64,000 nt of DNA from Raillietiella orientalis (taxonomy: Eukaryota): contig JAYWIR010000027.1 of the NCBI GenBank assembly GCA_036172245.1, positions 1,116,001 to 1,180,000 on the forward strand, in the 5' to 3' direction. This document shows, piece by piece, positions 13,064 to 25,754 of this stretch. Below the pieces are notes generated by a model that saw only the letters and a list, made by a program, of their open reading frames with translations, made no database searches and was not told the DNA's origin. How positions within the stretch are numbered: position 1 is the stretch's first letter; each line of letters opens with the position of its first letter. A program made the position numbers and the translations under genes.

Positions 13064-13821
13064 AAATACAGAGGCGAAGCAAAAAGACGAGGAGTCTAAA
13101 AGGAACCTTAGCGACCGGGTAATTCTCGGTCGGACCAAATCCTCCCAACAGATGAAGTTTTCCAATAAACAAAAACAAACAAACAAACAAAAGTCAGTTT
13201 TAGAAGGGTCTCGGGGTCTGCGAAAAAAGAGCGCTGGGAGTCGCGTGCATCCCCGGAGGTAACGCAAGTTTTTGCCTTTCATCTCTGGTCCAAACTTTTT
13301 TGCTAATCCTCGGAAACTTGAAGAGCTCATCGAACGCCCCAACCGCTCCCCCCCCCCTATGAGCTCATCTCCTGTACGTGGGTCTTCGGGGCTAACGCGC
13401 CAGGCACGATGATGACAAAGGCTGGTCAGCTCCCAAATTTCGTATTTGGCACTCTGCAGGCGTGCCCATCACCGGGAGTCCAATCCCCAGAGCAGTTTGT
13501 TCTGGTTTTCTTGCACGGAGTCTTAAACTCCCGGCTGAGGACGCCGTTTACGGGTCGAGGAAGAAACCGGGCAGCAACCCGAACACGAGACGCTGCCCTC
13601 TTAGCTGCACATCCAGAACCGCCTGGCGCCCACGTCCATAAAAACGAAGCTTCCAGGAGCCAGTCGTCCTCACCCATCGCCAACACAACTGCCTGAGACC
13701 GCCTTCACGCGGCACTCCAGTCGACAACCGATGTCCTCCTCTTTTTGCCTTTTATACTGCCAGAATTATTATTTTTTTATTTAGCTCTTTTTAAATTTTA
13801 ACATTACACGAAGATGACTAA

Positions 13822-13849
13822 AACACACACACACACACACACACACACA
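13822..13849. repeat. (AC)n microsatellite
   Basis: Perfect AC run, directly visible. Confidence 0.9.
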
Positions 13850-14149
13850 TGGAACGACCCTCTGTCCATCCAACACGCGGCCAGCAACCGCTCAGCCACG
13901 GCCAAGACGAGGTCACGATGGACCGCATGGCGAAGCCTCCTCGGTCCCGTTTGGGGTGGATGGCCTCCCTGCTGGGAAACGACCGACAGGTCCCCAGCCG
14001 GAGGCTGTCGGCACATCCACCATGACGCGCACGCGCGAAGGGCGCAAGCCCGTAAGCGAAAGGCCCCCTCCGTGAGTCCGAGTTCCAGAGAGGGCAAAGG
14101 GACCCCGGCGTGAGCGCCCGCCTCCCTGTGGGAAAGAAACGGCAGCCAC

Positions 14150-15330
14150 CAAACCTCCTGGAGGGCTCCCGCCTGCCCGGATGGAAAGACGACGACGCTT
14201 CGAGTGCGCGGGCGCGAGGACTGCGGAGCCGGGCAAACCTGGTCGGGACCCCTACCTTGTCCCGCTGAGAGTGTGCGAGCGATGGTCCCGCCTCCAAGTC
14301 CGTCGAGCGAGAGCGCGATTCCTGCACAGGTTCATTCCGGGCATCATCGTGCGAACCGTGGACCGGGAGTTTCTAAGGAGATCCGCCGGGTGGCTGGATG
14401 GTCGAACCCGTGCAGCACGCTTCACTCGGGCCTCGCCCCCGCCACGAAGACCTGCTGCGTAGCTCTTCCGTTCTAGCTGAAACTTTTGCAGTCCCCCCCC
14501 ATTCCCCTTCCCCGTCATCCTCCCCTGACTAACCTCCCTTCGCACTTTGCACTCCCTCCTCTTCCCTACCCCACGTTGGCGGGCGCGCGGCACCTTGCGT
14601 CGCGAGTTCCATTCGCGCCCAGGGAAGGATCGACGCCGAGAAATGGGTGGTGCGTCGCGGGTTTCGAGCCCTACCCGCAGGATAGCGCTGGTTGGCCTGT
14701 AAGCTTCGGGTGCATGCGGCACTGGTGGAAGCCGGATGCCCCGTTGGCTGGCCGGGATCGGAAGCTGACTCTCTGGGGTCCTTCCAGGAACCCAGGAGAC
14801 GGTTCTCTTCGGGATGTCCCCCTTTCAGTTATGCAAATGGGGCCATACCATCACGTGCCATGAGGCTGATTGATACTTCCTCCCCCTCTCGGGGGCTGCC
14901 TTTCCTGAATGCAAGAAGCACGCTGCTTATGAGACATTTTGGGAGCGTCCCTTAGGGTTTCCCCCTTAAGCGTGATAGGAACGGACTCCTTCCTGTGGAG
15001 CCTTCCTGGATTCGAAGGGTGGTCTCCTCCCAGTGCACCCCCTTAGCTTGAAGAGTTACTACAAGCACCCTCGGATGTCGTGGACAGCATCAAAGAGCTT
15101 GTGAGCCCCTGGGCGAACGGTTCTTCAGCACTTGGCGAACCCAAAGGGGTTTTCACCAACTTCCATCAACCCCTTCCCGGGTAGAAAGACGGAATTCACT
15201 TCCCAACATGACGAACAAACGAATGCCTAGACTGCCGGCTACAAAACTGCAAATGGTCACCCAACACGGACACCAAGACGACCTGCTCCATAGAGAGAGC
15301 AAGCACGATCCAAAAGGAACACCATTCCAG
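14150..15330 (-). mobile_element. Decayed L1/Tx1-like ORF2 C-terminal fragment
   Basis: About 500 bp of DNA homology to 34050-34660 and, in reverse, to 10400-10750. Minus frames show LSLWSR (LSLxGR-like) and E*SVLH (zf-RVT remnant). Confidence 0.55.
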
Positions 15331-18300
15331 CCGACCCACCCGTTCAGTCCCTCCGCTCTCCTCCCATCTCCACTATCCCCAGGAGCACTTCAGACGCCGT
15401 CAGGACAGCCTCCCCGCCCATGCAGAATTCCTGTCCGAACGACCGGTCGTCGGGAGAAACGCTGAGAGCCCGGGAGCGATTCCGACCAAGGAGGGAAAGG
15501 CGCACCGTTCCCAGATAGCGGCGCACGGAGGGTGCTGTCGCAGCCGGTTCTGCACGGAGAGGTCTTCGCGAAGATGGCAGCGATGATGAACCGGGGGCTT
15601 CGGTTCCGCACTGAGTCGGACTCACGGGGCGGCGGTTTCGATTTTACGGCCCGTTGCGTGGTGATGGATCACGTCCGAAGCATGCAGCCGATTGAGCGTC
15701 GTTCTGTGGAGAAAGAGCCACGTGGTTTTCCGACGTCGGCGAAACCGTTCTGTCCTGGAGGAAGAGGAGGACGGTGCTGCCGCCGCCGCCGTCGTTTGTG
15801 GACGCCGCTAGCGTGCGGAGCATTCGAACGATTTCCATTACAGGAAGTGCTACATGTGTGCGATATCCTGTGATCAGGAGGGGCTTCTGAAAGCAGAAAG
15901 CGGTCTTCCTGCAAAAATCCCGATGTTAATGGAAGGAGTCGACGAGATGAATCAGTGAATTCCATCCCGATCCATATAATAAATTTATAATTAAAGGCGC
16001 CGAATCCACATGTATGGAATGCAACGAATTCCCATTACTCACGTGGAAAAAAAAAAAAAAAAACAGAAGCCGTGACATGGGCAGACATGATGTTTCTCCA
16101 CAGCATCCGTCTTCGGCCTCATAATCATAAAAGTCCACTTGGTGATTCATTGTGACATAATGTGCAACACATATGTAATTAATTGAATCTTCTATAGGAC
16201 TTCCGTAGGTCCCTCGAGTCCTGCGGAAGGTTTAATTAAGGAAGGAAAGGACGAGGGAACCAGCGTTTTTCGCATCTGGCAGGAAGGACGGCGGCTCTGC
16301 GCTGTCCGGATGTCGCGGAACGCACAAGAGCAGTCAGCTGAACCAGAAAAGGGAGTGTCGCCGGAGCGGGATGGATGCTTTGAAATCAAGGGTGGGGCGA
16401 AAGGTGCCACCGGTGCTGTTCTCTCCGAAGCAGCTCCGCCGCCGAAGTTTCAAAGAAAGTCAGAAAGTCAAGCGCCTCACGAAGCAGCAGCAACTCATGG
16501 TGATCTCATCGCCTCTGAGACGCCAGGGAACGAGACCGTGTCGTTCTGGTTTTCCTCGAACCCTGGAAGAATGGTACAGAGGGTCGGCCAGCACAGAGAA
16601 CGAATGCAAGAAAATGTCGAAGCATCTTTTGTTCGAGGCCTCCTCAGCCGAGTTTTGTCTTCTTCTTCGTCATCCTCTTCTTCCTCTTGTTCTTCTTTCT
16701 CCACTTCTTCTTCACTTTCTCTTCCCTTCTCCTGGAATGGCAAAGAGCCAGAGGAGCCGAAATAGAGGTCGCTTGCAGTCAGTCCTCAGGGAGTGACGAG
16801 GAGGAAGACAAAGTCAACAGTAGCATCTTTTGAGACGAGGCTCTCCACCGTCCGAGGAGACAGCGGTGGCAGCCAGTCATCCCGTCCTCTAGGTTTCACG
16901 CTTCCGTCGACACTCTCTCTCTGAACGCCGGCCAAGCCGACCGACTCCCGCTCGACCTGTCAGCTTCTGCGCGCTCGCATTCTGGCCTTCCTCCTTCCTC
17001 CGTCACCACTGGAAAGTCCTTGACCAATCCTTCGGCATGATTTCGTCCCCCTCCATCGGCAAGGTGCATTACCCCCTGCTGCCTCTACTCGTGACGCTGC
17101 TGCTGCATTATCCCACCTCCCTGCTTCCCTTCCTTCCTGCTTTCCTTCCCGCCCCTCATTGCAAAGAAGCACCCTTGGTTCTTCCGGCCCCTTGTCTTCA
17201 GTCACCACGAGGTAGTCCTCCTCATTGGCTGTTCCTCCTCCCCCCTCCGACGCAGAAAACGAACGGCGGACTTCTCTTCGACGGATAGCCGCAGAGCTGA
17301 AGGTCTGGTCCGTCGCGGTGGTGATCAGCCGGACCTGGGTGAGTGAGCACTCCCATGGAGACTCCACGTGAGGCGACAGTTTCCCCTCGTCCTACGCCGG
17401 TCCGTCTTAGCAAAGCAGCCCGGCCTGCGTAAGAGGCACTTTTGGGGAGGAGAACTCCTCCCGTCAGGGGGCCATCCTGACGGAAGGTCGAACGTGGGGA
17501 TGCCATCTTTGAGGTGGGGGAGCATGGGACCCCGTGGCGTTCGGGGCTTTCGACAGGAGCAACGGGGGGTCGGCGGACCGTTCAGACTCTTCCCAGAGCC
17601 GCGTTCACCGCCGCCGGCGGGCAAGGCACGCACGCGTGGAGTTCGGAAGGAGCGAGGAGCGCGGCTGAGGACCGCGCGCACCCACGCCGGGCAGCCGAGC
17701 GCGGGGGAGGACGTTGACCCGCGGTCAGCCAGCGAGACTTCCGGATGGCCGACGTGAGAGGAACTTTCCGCGCGCACCCTCCCCCCCTCCGAGCGCGCGC
17801 ACGGTAACGGAGCGCGCTCGAGAGTGTGCCCGCGCCGCGCAAGTTTCCTCTGGCCTCCCTTGTGGCTGGGAGGCGAGAATCCCACCAGCGAAGCTCTCCC
17901 CCCTTCCCACCAGGGCTGCCGGCGCTCCTGCGAGTTGTAGCAGCAGCACTACCAGCGCCTCTCGGCTGAAAGAGGAAAGGCAGGACGGGAGGAAATCCGG
18001 AGAGGCGCGTGCCCGTGCGCACAAAGCGGACGGAGGCATCATCAGCTCCTCTTCCCCTCCCCTCCTCCTCCGCCCTGCTCCGCGACGACACCAGTTCGCC
18101 GAAAGCGAAGTGGCGTAGTCGCGGGCGCGCGGAGGCGAGTCCCGGTCTTCCGGCGCAACCGAAGTCCCACGAGCGACGCCCAGGTCTGTGAAAGCGAGAA
18201 CGCGGCGGCCGATCGATCGATTCGTGGGTTTCACACGGGAGTTTTTCCTGGATGTTTTCGGGGGAAAACTCCCTCTCCCATGCACACGCACACGTCTTCT

Positions 18301-19449
18301 TCCCCTTCCCCAAGGTGAAAATCCCAACTTTCTCAACCTAATTGAAGAACCAACAAAAACAACGAAAAAAATAAAAAAAACAGCAACGATGCGTCCGACC
18401 TATCTCAAAGGCATGAAAAGATGGCGCTGCACGTCGACCACGGCAAGCGGTGTGTTGCCACCACGAGGAGGCAACGTCAAAACAGAGGAAACGAACGGGC
18501 GACCTCCGGAGAGTAAAGCATTTTTTTTTATGTTGGAAAAAAAAAAAAGAGGGAGGGAGTGGTGGAGGAATTAAGAAAAGTAAAACCACGCACTCAGATA
18601 GCAGGTATGGGAATATGTGCTATCCCTTCCTTCTCCCCCCCCCCCTTCCTCCTCCCCTACCCACCGATTTTTCTAAGTGAAAGAGAGTTCTCGAATGCAA
18701 CCGTGCACGCCAGTGCGCACGCGAACTCATGGCTGGACATTTTGCTGTCCGGTCTACGCGCGTGGAAGGCGCCATGTTTGTATGGACGATTCGATCCCGA
18801 ACTTCTGTTCCCCCCTCTCTCCTGCTCTCAGCCAAATCGAAAAAGTGCTTTTGCAAACAAAAAAACACGCGCACACATTTCTTGTGTCCATTTGGTAAGC
18901 CTCGGAAAATCCATGAACTCCAGGTCGCGGTTATTGGACACGATAAATCTCCACTGGAAACAAGTGAATCAGCCCATTAATCAAGGTTCATTATCTTCCG
19001 CTTCTGAGATATTCTCGTTGCTGCAGCTAGGCAACGGGAAATCTCAAAGCGAGTCGTGCTAAGTCTGTGAGATACTTCCCGCCAGTCCTCCCTCCTCGTG
19101 CAATGCACCGTTACATGGATTCTTTTTTTTTTTTTTTTTTCCTGTTAGGAAAAAAAAAAAAAAAAAAAACTTTTCCTGCATTTCTCGAATCTCGTTCGAG
19201 GTCGAGGTCACTGCATGCATTCCACGAAGGTCATCAGAAAGTTCCCCTTTTATATTTTTTTGCTACTCAGGCACCGCGTAGCAAGAATTCCACTCCATTG
19301 GGCGTCTTTCTTTTTTCTTTTCTTTCTTTTCTACTGTGGTCCGCTGGATAGTCCGTCTGTACACCTGACGTTCGTTTGCTTTCCTTTTCTCCATCTTTGC
19401 TCCCTTTCCGTTCCACTCTCAGGGCCCGTGCGCATAACGTACGACGGGG

Positions 19450-20050
19450 AAAGGGACCCGGGAATAGGGGGAGTTTCTTTCGATTCCACCGCCGTTATTT
19501 GTGATAAAAAAGGCGAAGGATCGAGGAGATGCACACGAAGGCAACGACAGGTACAGACGGAAAGAAACCTACGGAAATAGTCCTGACGCCCTTGCAGCAG
19601 GGCGGCGGAGGTGTCTGGAGCATTCAACCTTGATCCCACCTCGTTCCCGCGTCTGCATCGAAAGGCTTTCCACATTCCCGACTCTGGAAAGGTGCCGAAA
19701 TCTCGATTTGGGTCCGGCGAGAGCGTTCCCGGTTTTCGCTCCCTGTCCCAATGACGCGGGCCTGGCTGAAAACTTTCTGTGATGCACCTCATTACCGTTC
19801 CCGAAAACGAAGCACGGTTTCCATGCTCCATCCCTCACCCTTCCTCCTTGAAGTTCCCGTATTTCCTCACTACCCGGAGTACTCATGATGCGCTCTTCTC
19901 GCATCTGATTTGTGGCGCATTTCGGAAGTGATCAGCTCAGATAGGTAAAAGAAAACAGGGAATATCCCGTTCGGTTTTGATTCGAGGGTGGGTGTGCGTT
20001 CTTTGTGTTTGCCCTCCCCCCTCAGTTTTCTCCTGGTGATGTGGGGAAAG
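19450..20050 (-). mobile_element. Decayed non-LTR fragment, R4/Dong- or RTE-like post-RT region
   Basis: RFRHLSRVGNVESLSMQTRERGGIKV resembles HPxxxVxRLYLPRxxGGRGL. Confidence 0.3.
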
Positions 20051-21239
20051 CGTAATCTGCGCACCTCGGTATCCTAAAGGAGGCGTTCACGGCGAAGAGC
20101 GCCTGATGAGTAAATCATCTTACTGGCAAAAGCTCCACAGTGCCAGCTTTAGCAAATTCCGAGTCCTTCTTCGCCTGTCCAGGTTCCCTCTACACAGATC
20201 CGCAGCCTCACGCATCGGGGTGGCTGGGAGAAAACAAACAAGCACAGGTCACAAAACCTTTGGTGGGTGGAGAAGCCGAAGCAGAAAGCGCCGAACACTT
20301 CCCACCTTTCCCACCTTTTGCGCTGCGCGGAATCGCCAACTTCTCGAGCCCCATTGTTGATGGACACTTATATTTAGATCGTAGGCTTACGATCTGAACC
20401 GATCGATAGCTTCGCCGCATGGCATTGTTGGCACGCACGTATGCAGAGGTCGTAGGCTTAAGGTACGATCAGATTGGCGGCGGTGTCGCCAGGCGGTGAT
20501 GGAAAGGAGAGTGAGTGACAGCTGATTTCGAATGGTCCAGACAGCCTGCTCTCGGTGGGAGAATCTCGCTGGGCGCGGGTCATCCAAGAACTGCGTGTGC
20601 CAAGTGCCTGCACGGCGCTCGCATGCATCCCAGTTCACGTGAATCGATGGCTGGAAATGGAGGAGCTTTGAAGTCGTGTGCTCAAGTGTGTGGAAAGGAA
20701 AACACACACATGCAGATAACTGAATCGAAAACGAAGTCCCGGATGCTGATCTTTTGCTTCCTGAAACTGGAAATCACTAGTCGAGGAGAAAAGAGTGACC
20801 ATCGTTAATGGTCCAGATGAAAGGGGGCACGGGGGGGGGGGGGAAGAGAGGGAAAGCCGTCTCCTGAGTTTCTCTGAACACTGCTTCCTCCACCCCGGTC
20901 CCGGATGCTCCTTCCTCGGAAGCGGGTCCACGTTTCTTCGAGCCCCCCCTCGCAAGTTTCATGGGACATGCCGGAAGTGCCTCCTACGAAATTAGGTGCC
21001 CGGAGTCACGGCTCTGGAGAACCAGCTTTTGCAAACTTCTCCTAATGTTCCCGGTAGGTATAGGAGGCATCGGAGAGCTTGGCCCTTTCGCCAGAGGCAT
21101 CTGTTTACTCTGGGCGTCCTCATAATGTCTTCTCCTTGGGCTCTCTAGTGTACGCATCATCTTTCTTCTAGGGTGCTGCTTCTCCTCTTCCTCTTCCTTT
21201 GTGTCCCCTGCGTCCTGCTGAACCCACGAGATAGAGGAA

Positions 21240-22480
21240 AGGGAAGCTTTGCTGGAAAGATTGGGTCCGAAGAACACAAGAACGGTTTGTGGACGGTCCT
21301 GCTTCTAGGTTTGCTAGTTCTTGCACGAGAGAGTCTCCCACCTCTCTGTTTGTCCTCTCCTCCCCTTCTTCAAGTTACTTCGGAAAGCACCTTCCAATTG
21401 GTCCTTGGTGCTTCCTCGTGTCCACTTTCATCCGCATTGCAACAGCACGCCCGCGTGCAAATGTCCCTTGCGTGCTTCGAAAAAATTCGAGAACTGCTCT
21501 GGGAGGGGATGGGGTCGCCCCTCAGGAAGCGAGGTAATCGAGTCCTACTCTTTTAGAAAGCGACGCCTCCCGTCCTCATGCTCCAAAGGCAACGGCAGTT
21601 TCCCAAGGCGAACGGAATGTAGGGGACGGTCTCGCGCCGCGACCGGCGGTGAGCTCGCGATCACAGGGGACACGAGCAACAGTGCCTTTCTTCCTCTTCC
21701 CCACACACTATCCCTTTCGGAGGAACTTCCAGAGACCGGGCGGGTAGGTTTTTTTTTCCTCGCGCCTCTCGCCCAGGAATTCCTTCGAGGAATGAAGCAC
21801 AGAAAAAGAGTGCCAGAGGACCAGGATACGATCGGCAGTTTCCTCGGCCTCCCGCCGCTCCTCTTCATCTTCTCCGAGTGAACCCCTAAAGGTGGGAGCT
21901 CCAGTACACCTCCAGCACCATTCAAGGGTATACCGCATGCTGGCGGTAGCGGCAGATAACAGGTGAGAGTGGTAAGCATCCCTGTGTCCAAGGAAGCAAC
22001 GCCCTGCTGATGACCGCCAGCTGCAGCCAAGCCCCTTTCTTCGGCGAGAGCTTGTTCTGTGAACGGGTGAAGCTTCTGGCAGTAACCATCACCTTCTATC
22101 CGAGAGACTGCTCCTTAGCCATTGATTCCTGGATCGGCTAGAGGAGAGACAACCGAAGAGCACTAGCGGCACGCGCGGATATTTCAACACCCGGAAAAAA
22201 TCCTGCGCTGCCTTTTCGACTTTGACCTTTGACGGCATCCTCATCGCGGTGGCGATCCGAGGCAGGAAGAGCTACTTCCTGGAGGAGTTTTCGCTCTCTC
22301 GAGGTCGTTCTGGAGAGACGTCTACATGCGGCTGCGATCGTTAACCCGGAAAGGCGGAGGCATCTCGTTTCTCTGCCGGTCCCTGTCTCCCAACGCTCTC
22401 TCCTCCGTTCGCCCTTTCCTCTCCCCCTCCACAATGCTCTGTGGAGGACGCATGAGGTCCTGCATGGACGGGACGAGACT
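21240..22480 (+). mobile_element. Decayed non-LTR reverse transcriptase domain (L1/Tx1-like)
   Basis: RT remnants in the correct order: RKRGNRVLLF, ITGDTSNSAF (LDxEKAF-like), GLPPLLFIFSE (PLSPLLF..EPL-like), PFKGIP and VKLLAVT. Confidence 0.45.
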
Positions 22481-22769
22481 ACGCAAGCAGATGCCTCCTC
22501 CCCCCACACACACACCTATCCTCCGCAAGGGAACCTAGCGACGGGAGCAACGACTTTCAGTAGGGCGAGGGTGCCTAAGGAAAGACCCAGAGTAGGCGCG
22601 TAGGCAAGCGCTCTCAGATTTCCTTTGGGGATCCTCATCATCGTTTTGGGCAGGCGACTCGGTTGAAGGGGACGCACGGCTCGACAGCTTGCCAGTCACC
22701 GCGAGGGTCCAGGAAAGTTCAAAATGGTGTTCGAAAGGAGGTGCAAGGAGATGCTTGCCGAGGCGCTCA

Positions 22770-24520
22770 AAGAGAGAAGTGCCACTGAAGAAACGGAATG
22801 GAAAACTCCCCCCGGAGCCATCCTTCTGCCTTCAAGATCCGGACGGGCAGTGGGACTCTTCTTCCCTGACAGTGGACCGTGTAGCGCCAGTGGGAGGCTC
22901 CGGCGTCCCTTTTCCTCTGCTCCCTTTCTTCGCGTCGCCTTAGGAATTCGCCTCGTGCAAGGTAGAGATGGGTGCGCATGCCTCCTCAGAGCGCCAGTTG
23001 ACCTGTCGTAGACTCCGGTCCAACTCGCATAACGCATAGCGACCAATGCAGGTGGGGGAGGGGGATCGAAGTGTTTTTTCAACCGGAAGGACTCGCTCCT
23101 GATGCAGCACCTTTGCCTTTCCACCCTACTCCGGAAAAAGAAGCTTTCCGATCAAGAAGTTCTGGTTCAGAGTTCCAACGCCACCCTTTGACCTACTAGC
23201 ACTCTTGGACGCCCACCTAAGGTATCCCGCTGCAAGGCCGAAAACACTACTGGTGCTCAGTGAGATCGGCAGAGTGACGTTGCTGCAGCTACTCTCTGGG
23301 TTCCTCGGCACCGCCATTCTTGCTCCCATCTCCACTGCTCTTGCCGTCTGCCGTTTGTCATCTTTTTTTCAGCATTCTCTTCCTGTTGTTTTGCGTCTTC
23401 TCCTTGAAATGCAATGGTAGGAAGCCCTGAATACTTCAGGCCAGCGGAAGGTGCGCCGGTCTTCCTGTCTCTCTCGCCCACGTTTTCGCTTTCCAGAAGA
23501 GACCGCCAGCAGCGCTTCCAGTGGACGTACGGGAAACCTCAGCGCCCCTTCATGTCGCGGTCCGACCGTCTCCCTTTCCCCGAATCGATCCCGGCAGCAG
23601 CTCCTGCCGGAAATCCCAGAAAGGGGAAGATCAAGTTTCAGGTTTCTGATCTCCATTAATCAGAGAGGCTGTGAGTGATCGCCCAGTGGGGTGCAACCGG
23701 TTATCTCTAGCAACAACCCCTTACGTCGCATCTCCCTTCTCCCCCTACTCGTGGAACTCCTGGGGCGAGTGCCCGCACGGAGACTGCCGCACGTCACGCT
23801 GGCATTGCTTGGCGGGAACGCGGACGGCCGTCGGTGCGCCGCGGAACCTCGCGTGCTTCTGAGTGACCTCAAGTGGTCACATTCGAACGCCCCCTTCGCG
23901 ATGAGAAGGGGGTCGACCTTCGTTCCTCCAGCAGCTCGGCAGCAAGGGGATCGGGTGGAGGAGCCGATCTTCGAATCCTCGGCGGTAGGGCACCCTGCGG
24001 CGCTCGCCCGTCCCAAGGAACCGTGGGTGCTCCTGGAGAGAACACAGATGGAGTCCGCGCATGCCGCCCCCTCCCCCTCGCAGGGTCCCTTCTGCGGCCT
24101 GAGGAGTGGGAAAAAAAGGTCGTAGGGTGATCCGTCTCGTGTTCCGGCTCCCTCATCGACCTCTGCTACAAGAGGCAGAAGCATCGGCGGAAGGGAGTGC
24201 CGAAGGAGGAAGAAGGGTGGACGAGAGAAGCCTGTGAGCAGAGTAGCAGTGGGCGACCTGGTCTCGACCCCTCCCGGATGCATCGAGCGCGACGACCGGT
24301 CGCGTAGGAACCGATCGGAGAGTTGCTCAAGACGCGGCGGCCCGCTCAGCAAGACGGAGCCATACCTGCGATGAAGGCGGCCGCAGTTGCCCGCAAGGAG
24401 TCTGCTCCTGCATAAAGTATGCCACGCAGTGGCGATCGGCGCCTGGGATGTGGTCGCGATTCCTTGAAACGCATTTCTCCTTGACGATCCCAGATGTCCA
24501 AGGTGCGACGGCGAGTGTTT
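22770..24520 (-). mobile_element. Decayed L1/Tx1-like ORF2 C-terminal fragment
   Basis: Minus frames show FPYVHWKRCWRSLL...GLPT...TEHQ*CFRPC (zf-RVT-like), then LHWSLCVMR. Confidence 0.4.
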
Positions 24521-25754
24521 CACGAGGCCCAGTCATGGTTACGTAAGGCGCAGCTACGTATCAGATGGGTTGTGTTCGCGATCGCATGAACGCAACCGCA
24601 GCTGAGTAAAGGCAACGGCGGCGGTCGCGCGAGTGCGAGAGCGCAGGAGTACATAAAATGGAGCTCCATCAAGCGTGATGTAATGAAAGTTACATAAGCA
24701 GCTGCGCATTGCACAGCATTGGACAAAATTTCGAATTTCCATTGCATGGAAAGCGAGACGACTGCGCGGGGCGTAGCCACGGTTACGCCGAATTCCCCTG
24801 ACATGAAACCGCCGCGGCGACGCGAGGCAGCTCCTCCCACGCAACCGCGACCGCGACCACGATTGCACGTCAAGGCGGTCGTGAGGTCGTGGTCGCGGTT
24901 GCGCAGGAGGAAGCGAAAAGGATTGCAACGCAGGCATGTCACGATGCACCTCCGAGGGTGCCATACGGCTGTTTCTCGGAAGGGGAGGGAAGGAGTCTTG
25001 GCGTCATCCCGTGGAGGAGGAGAGAACGGGAGGACCCGATGGAGTCGCTTCCTTGACCCCCCCCCCCTCTCTCCCCTTTGCAAGCGGGCGAGATCTCCCG
25101 AGCTCCCGGAGACGATTGCAGAACAGCCACCGCCACCCTCTCCAGTGGACCGCCGTTGAACCATGGCGCGTCGCGGCTGCCGTTCGAACGGCCACGCCCA
25201 ACTTGGTCGCTGGTGCCACCGGGGAACAGGACCGGCGCATGCCACGGACGCCGCGGGGCGCCTTCGACCCGCACCGGAGAGGAGAGGAGAGAGGTGGATG
25301 CCCCTCTGCGCCTCCGTTGCCGCGGTGACGGCTTTTCTCCTCTCGAAGGGGAAGGTTGGGGCTTCCTGCTGGTGGCGGGCGCGGCGTCCTTCCTCACCGG
25401 TCTGAAGACCAGTCCTGCCGCGCCAAGCAAGCTCCCGGCCGGCATTTCCCACGAGTCTTCCCCGAGGCAAGCGACCCGGAAGGGGAAGAAGGAAAGCCGA
25501 GAGAGGAGGAAGTGAGCGAGGGGAGGGGGAGGCAGAGGACAAGCGGAGAACCATGGCGGGAGGGCGCACGAGCGCTCTCGGTGACGCCTCCGTCGCTCCG
25601 ATCGGTCAAGGCGGTTCGCCCGCCCCGGCAGCCGGCGGTGAAGGAGAGTCCGTCCGCGCAGGCGCAGTCCGCCTTCCGTCCGACAGGAGGCGGTGGCGAT
25701 GGAGGCAACGGCAGTCAGAGAGCGGTCGCGCGCGCGCGAGCAGTTCGCGGTGCG

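Noticed and set aside
14486..14863. Apparently conserved novel peptide (GFE..PQ...GW...CMRHWW) in several repeat copies
   Set aside because: The opposite strand of the same family carries recognisable zf-RVT and EGGL motifs, so this is most likely an antisense shadow of LINE ORF2.
15550..16000. Possible APE endonuclease fragment (GFDFTARCV resembling GDFNARV)
   Set aside because: A single weak motif with no convincing neighbouring motifs.
24520..25569. Long ORFs in the GC-rich region (also 32875-34047, 23660-24523, 27718-28563)
   Set aside because: Arg/Pro/Gly/Ser-rich, overlapping in several frames and without domains, as expected from stop-codon scarcity at high GC.
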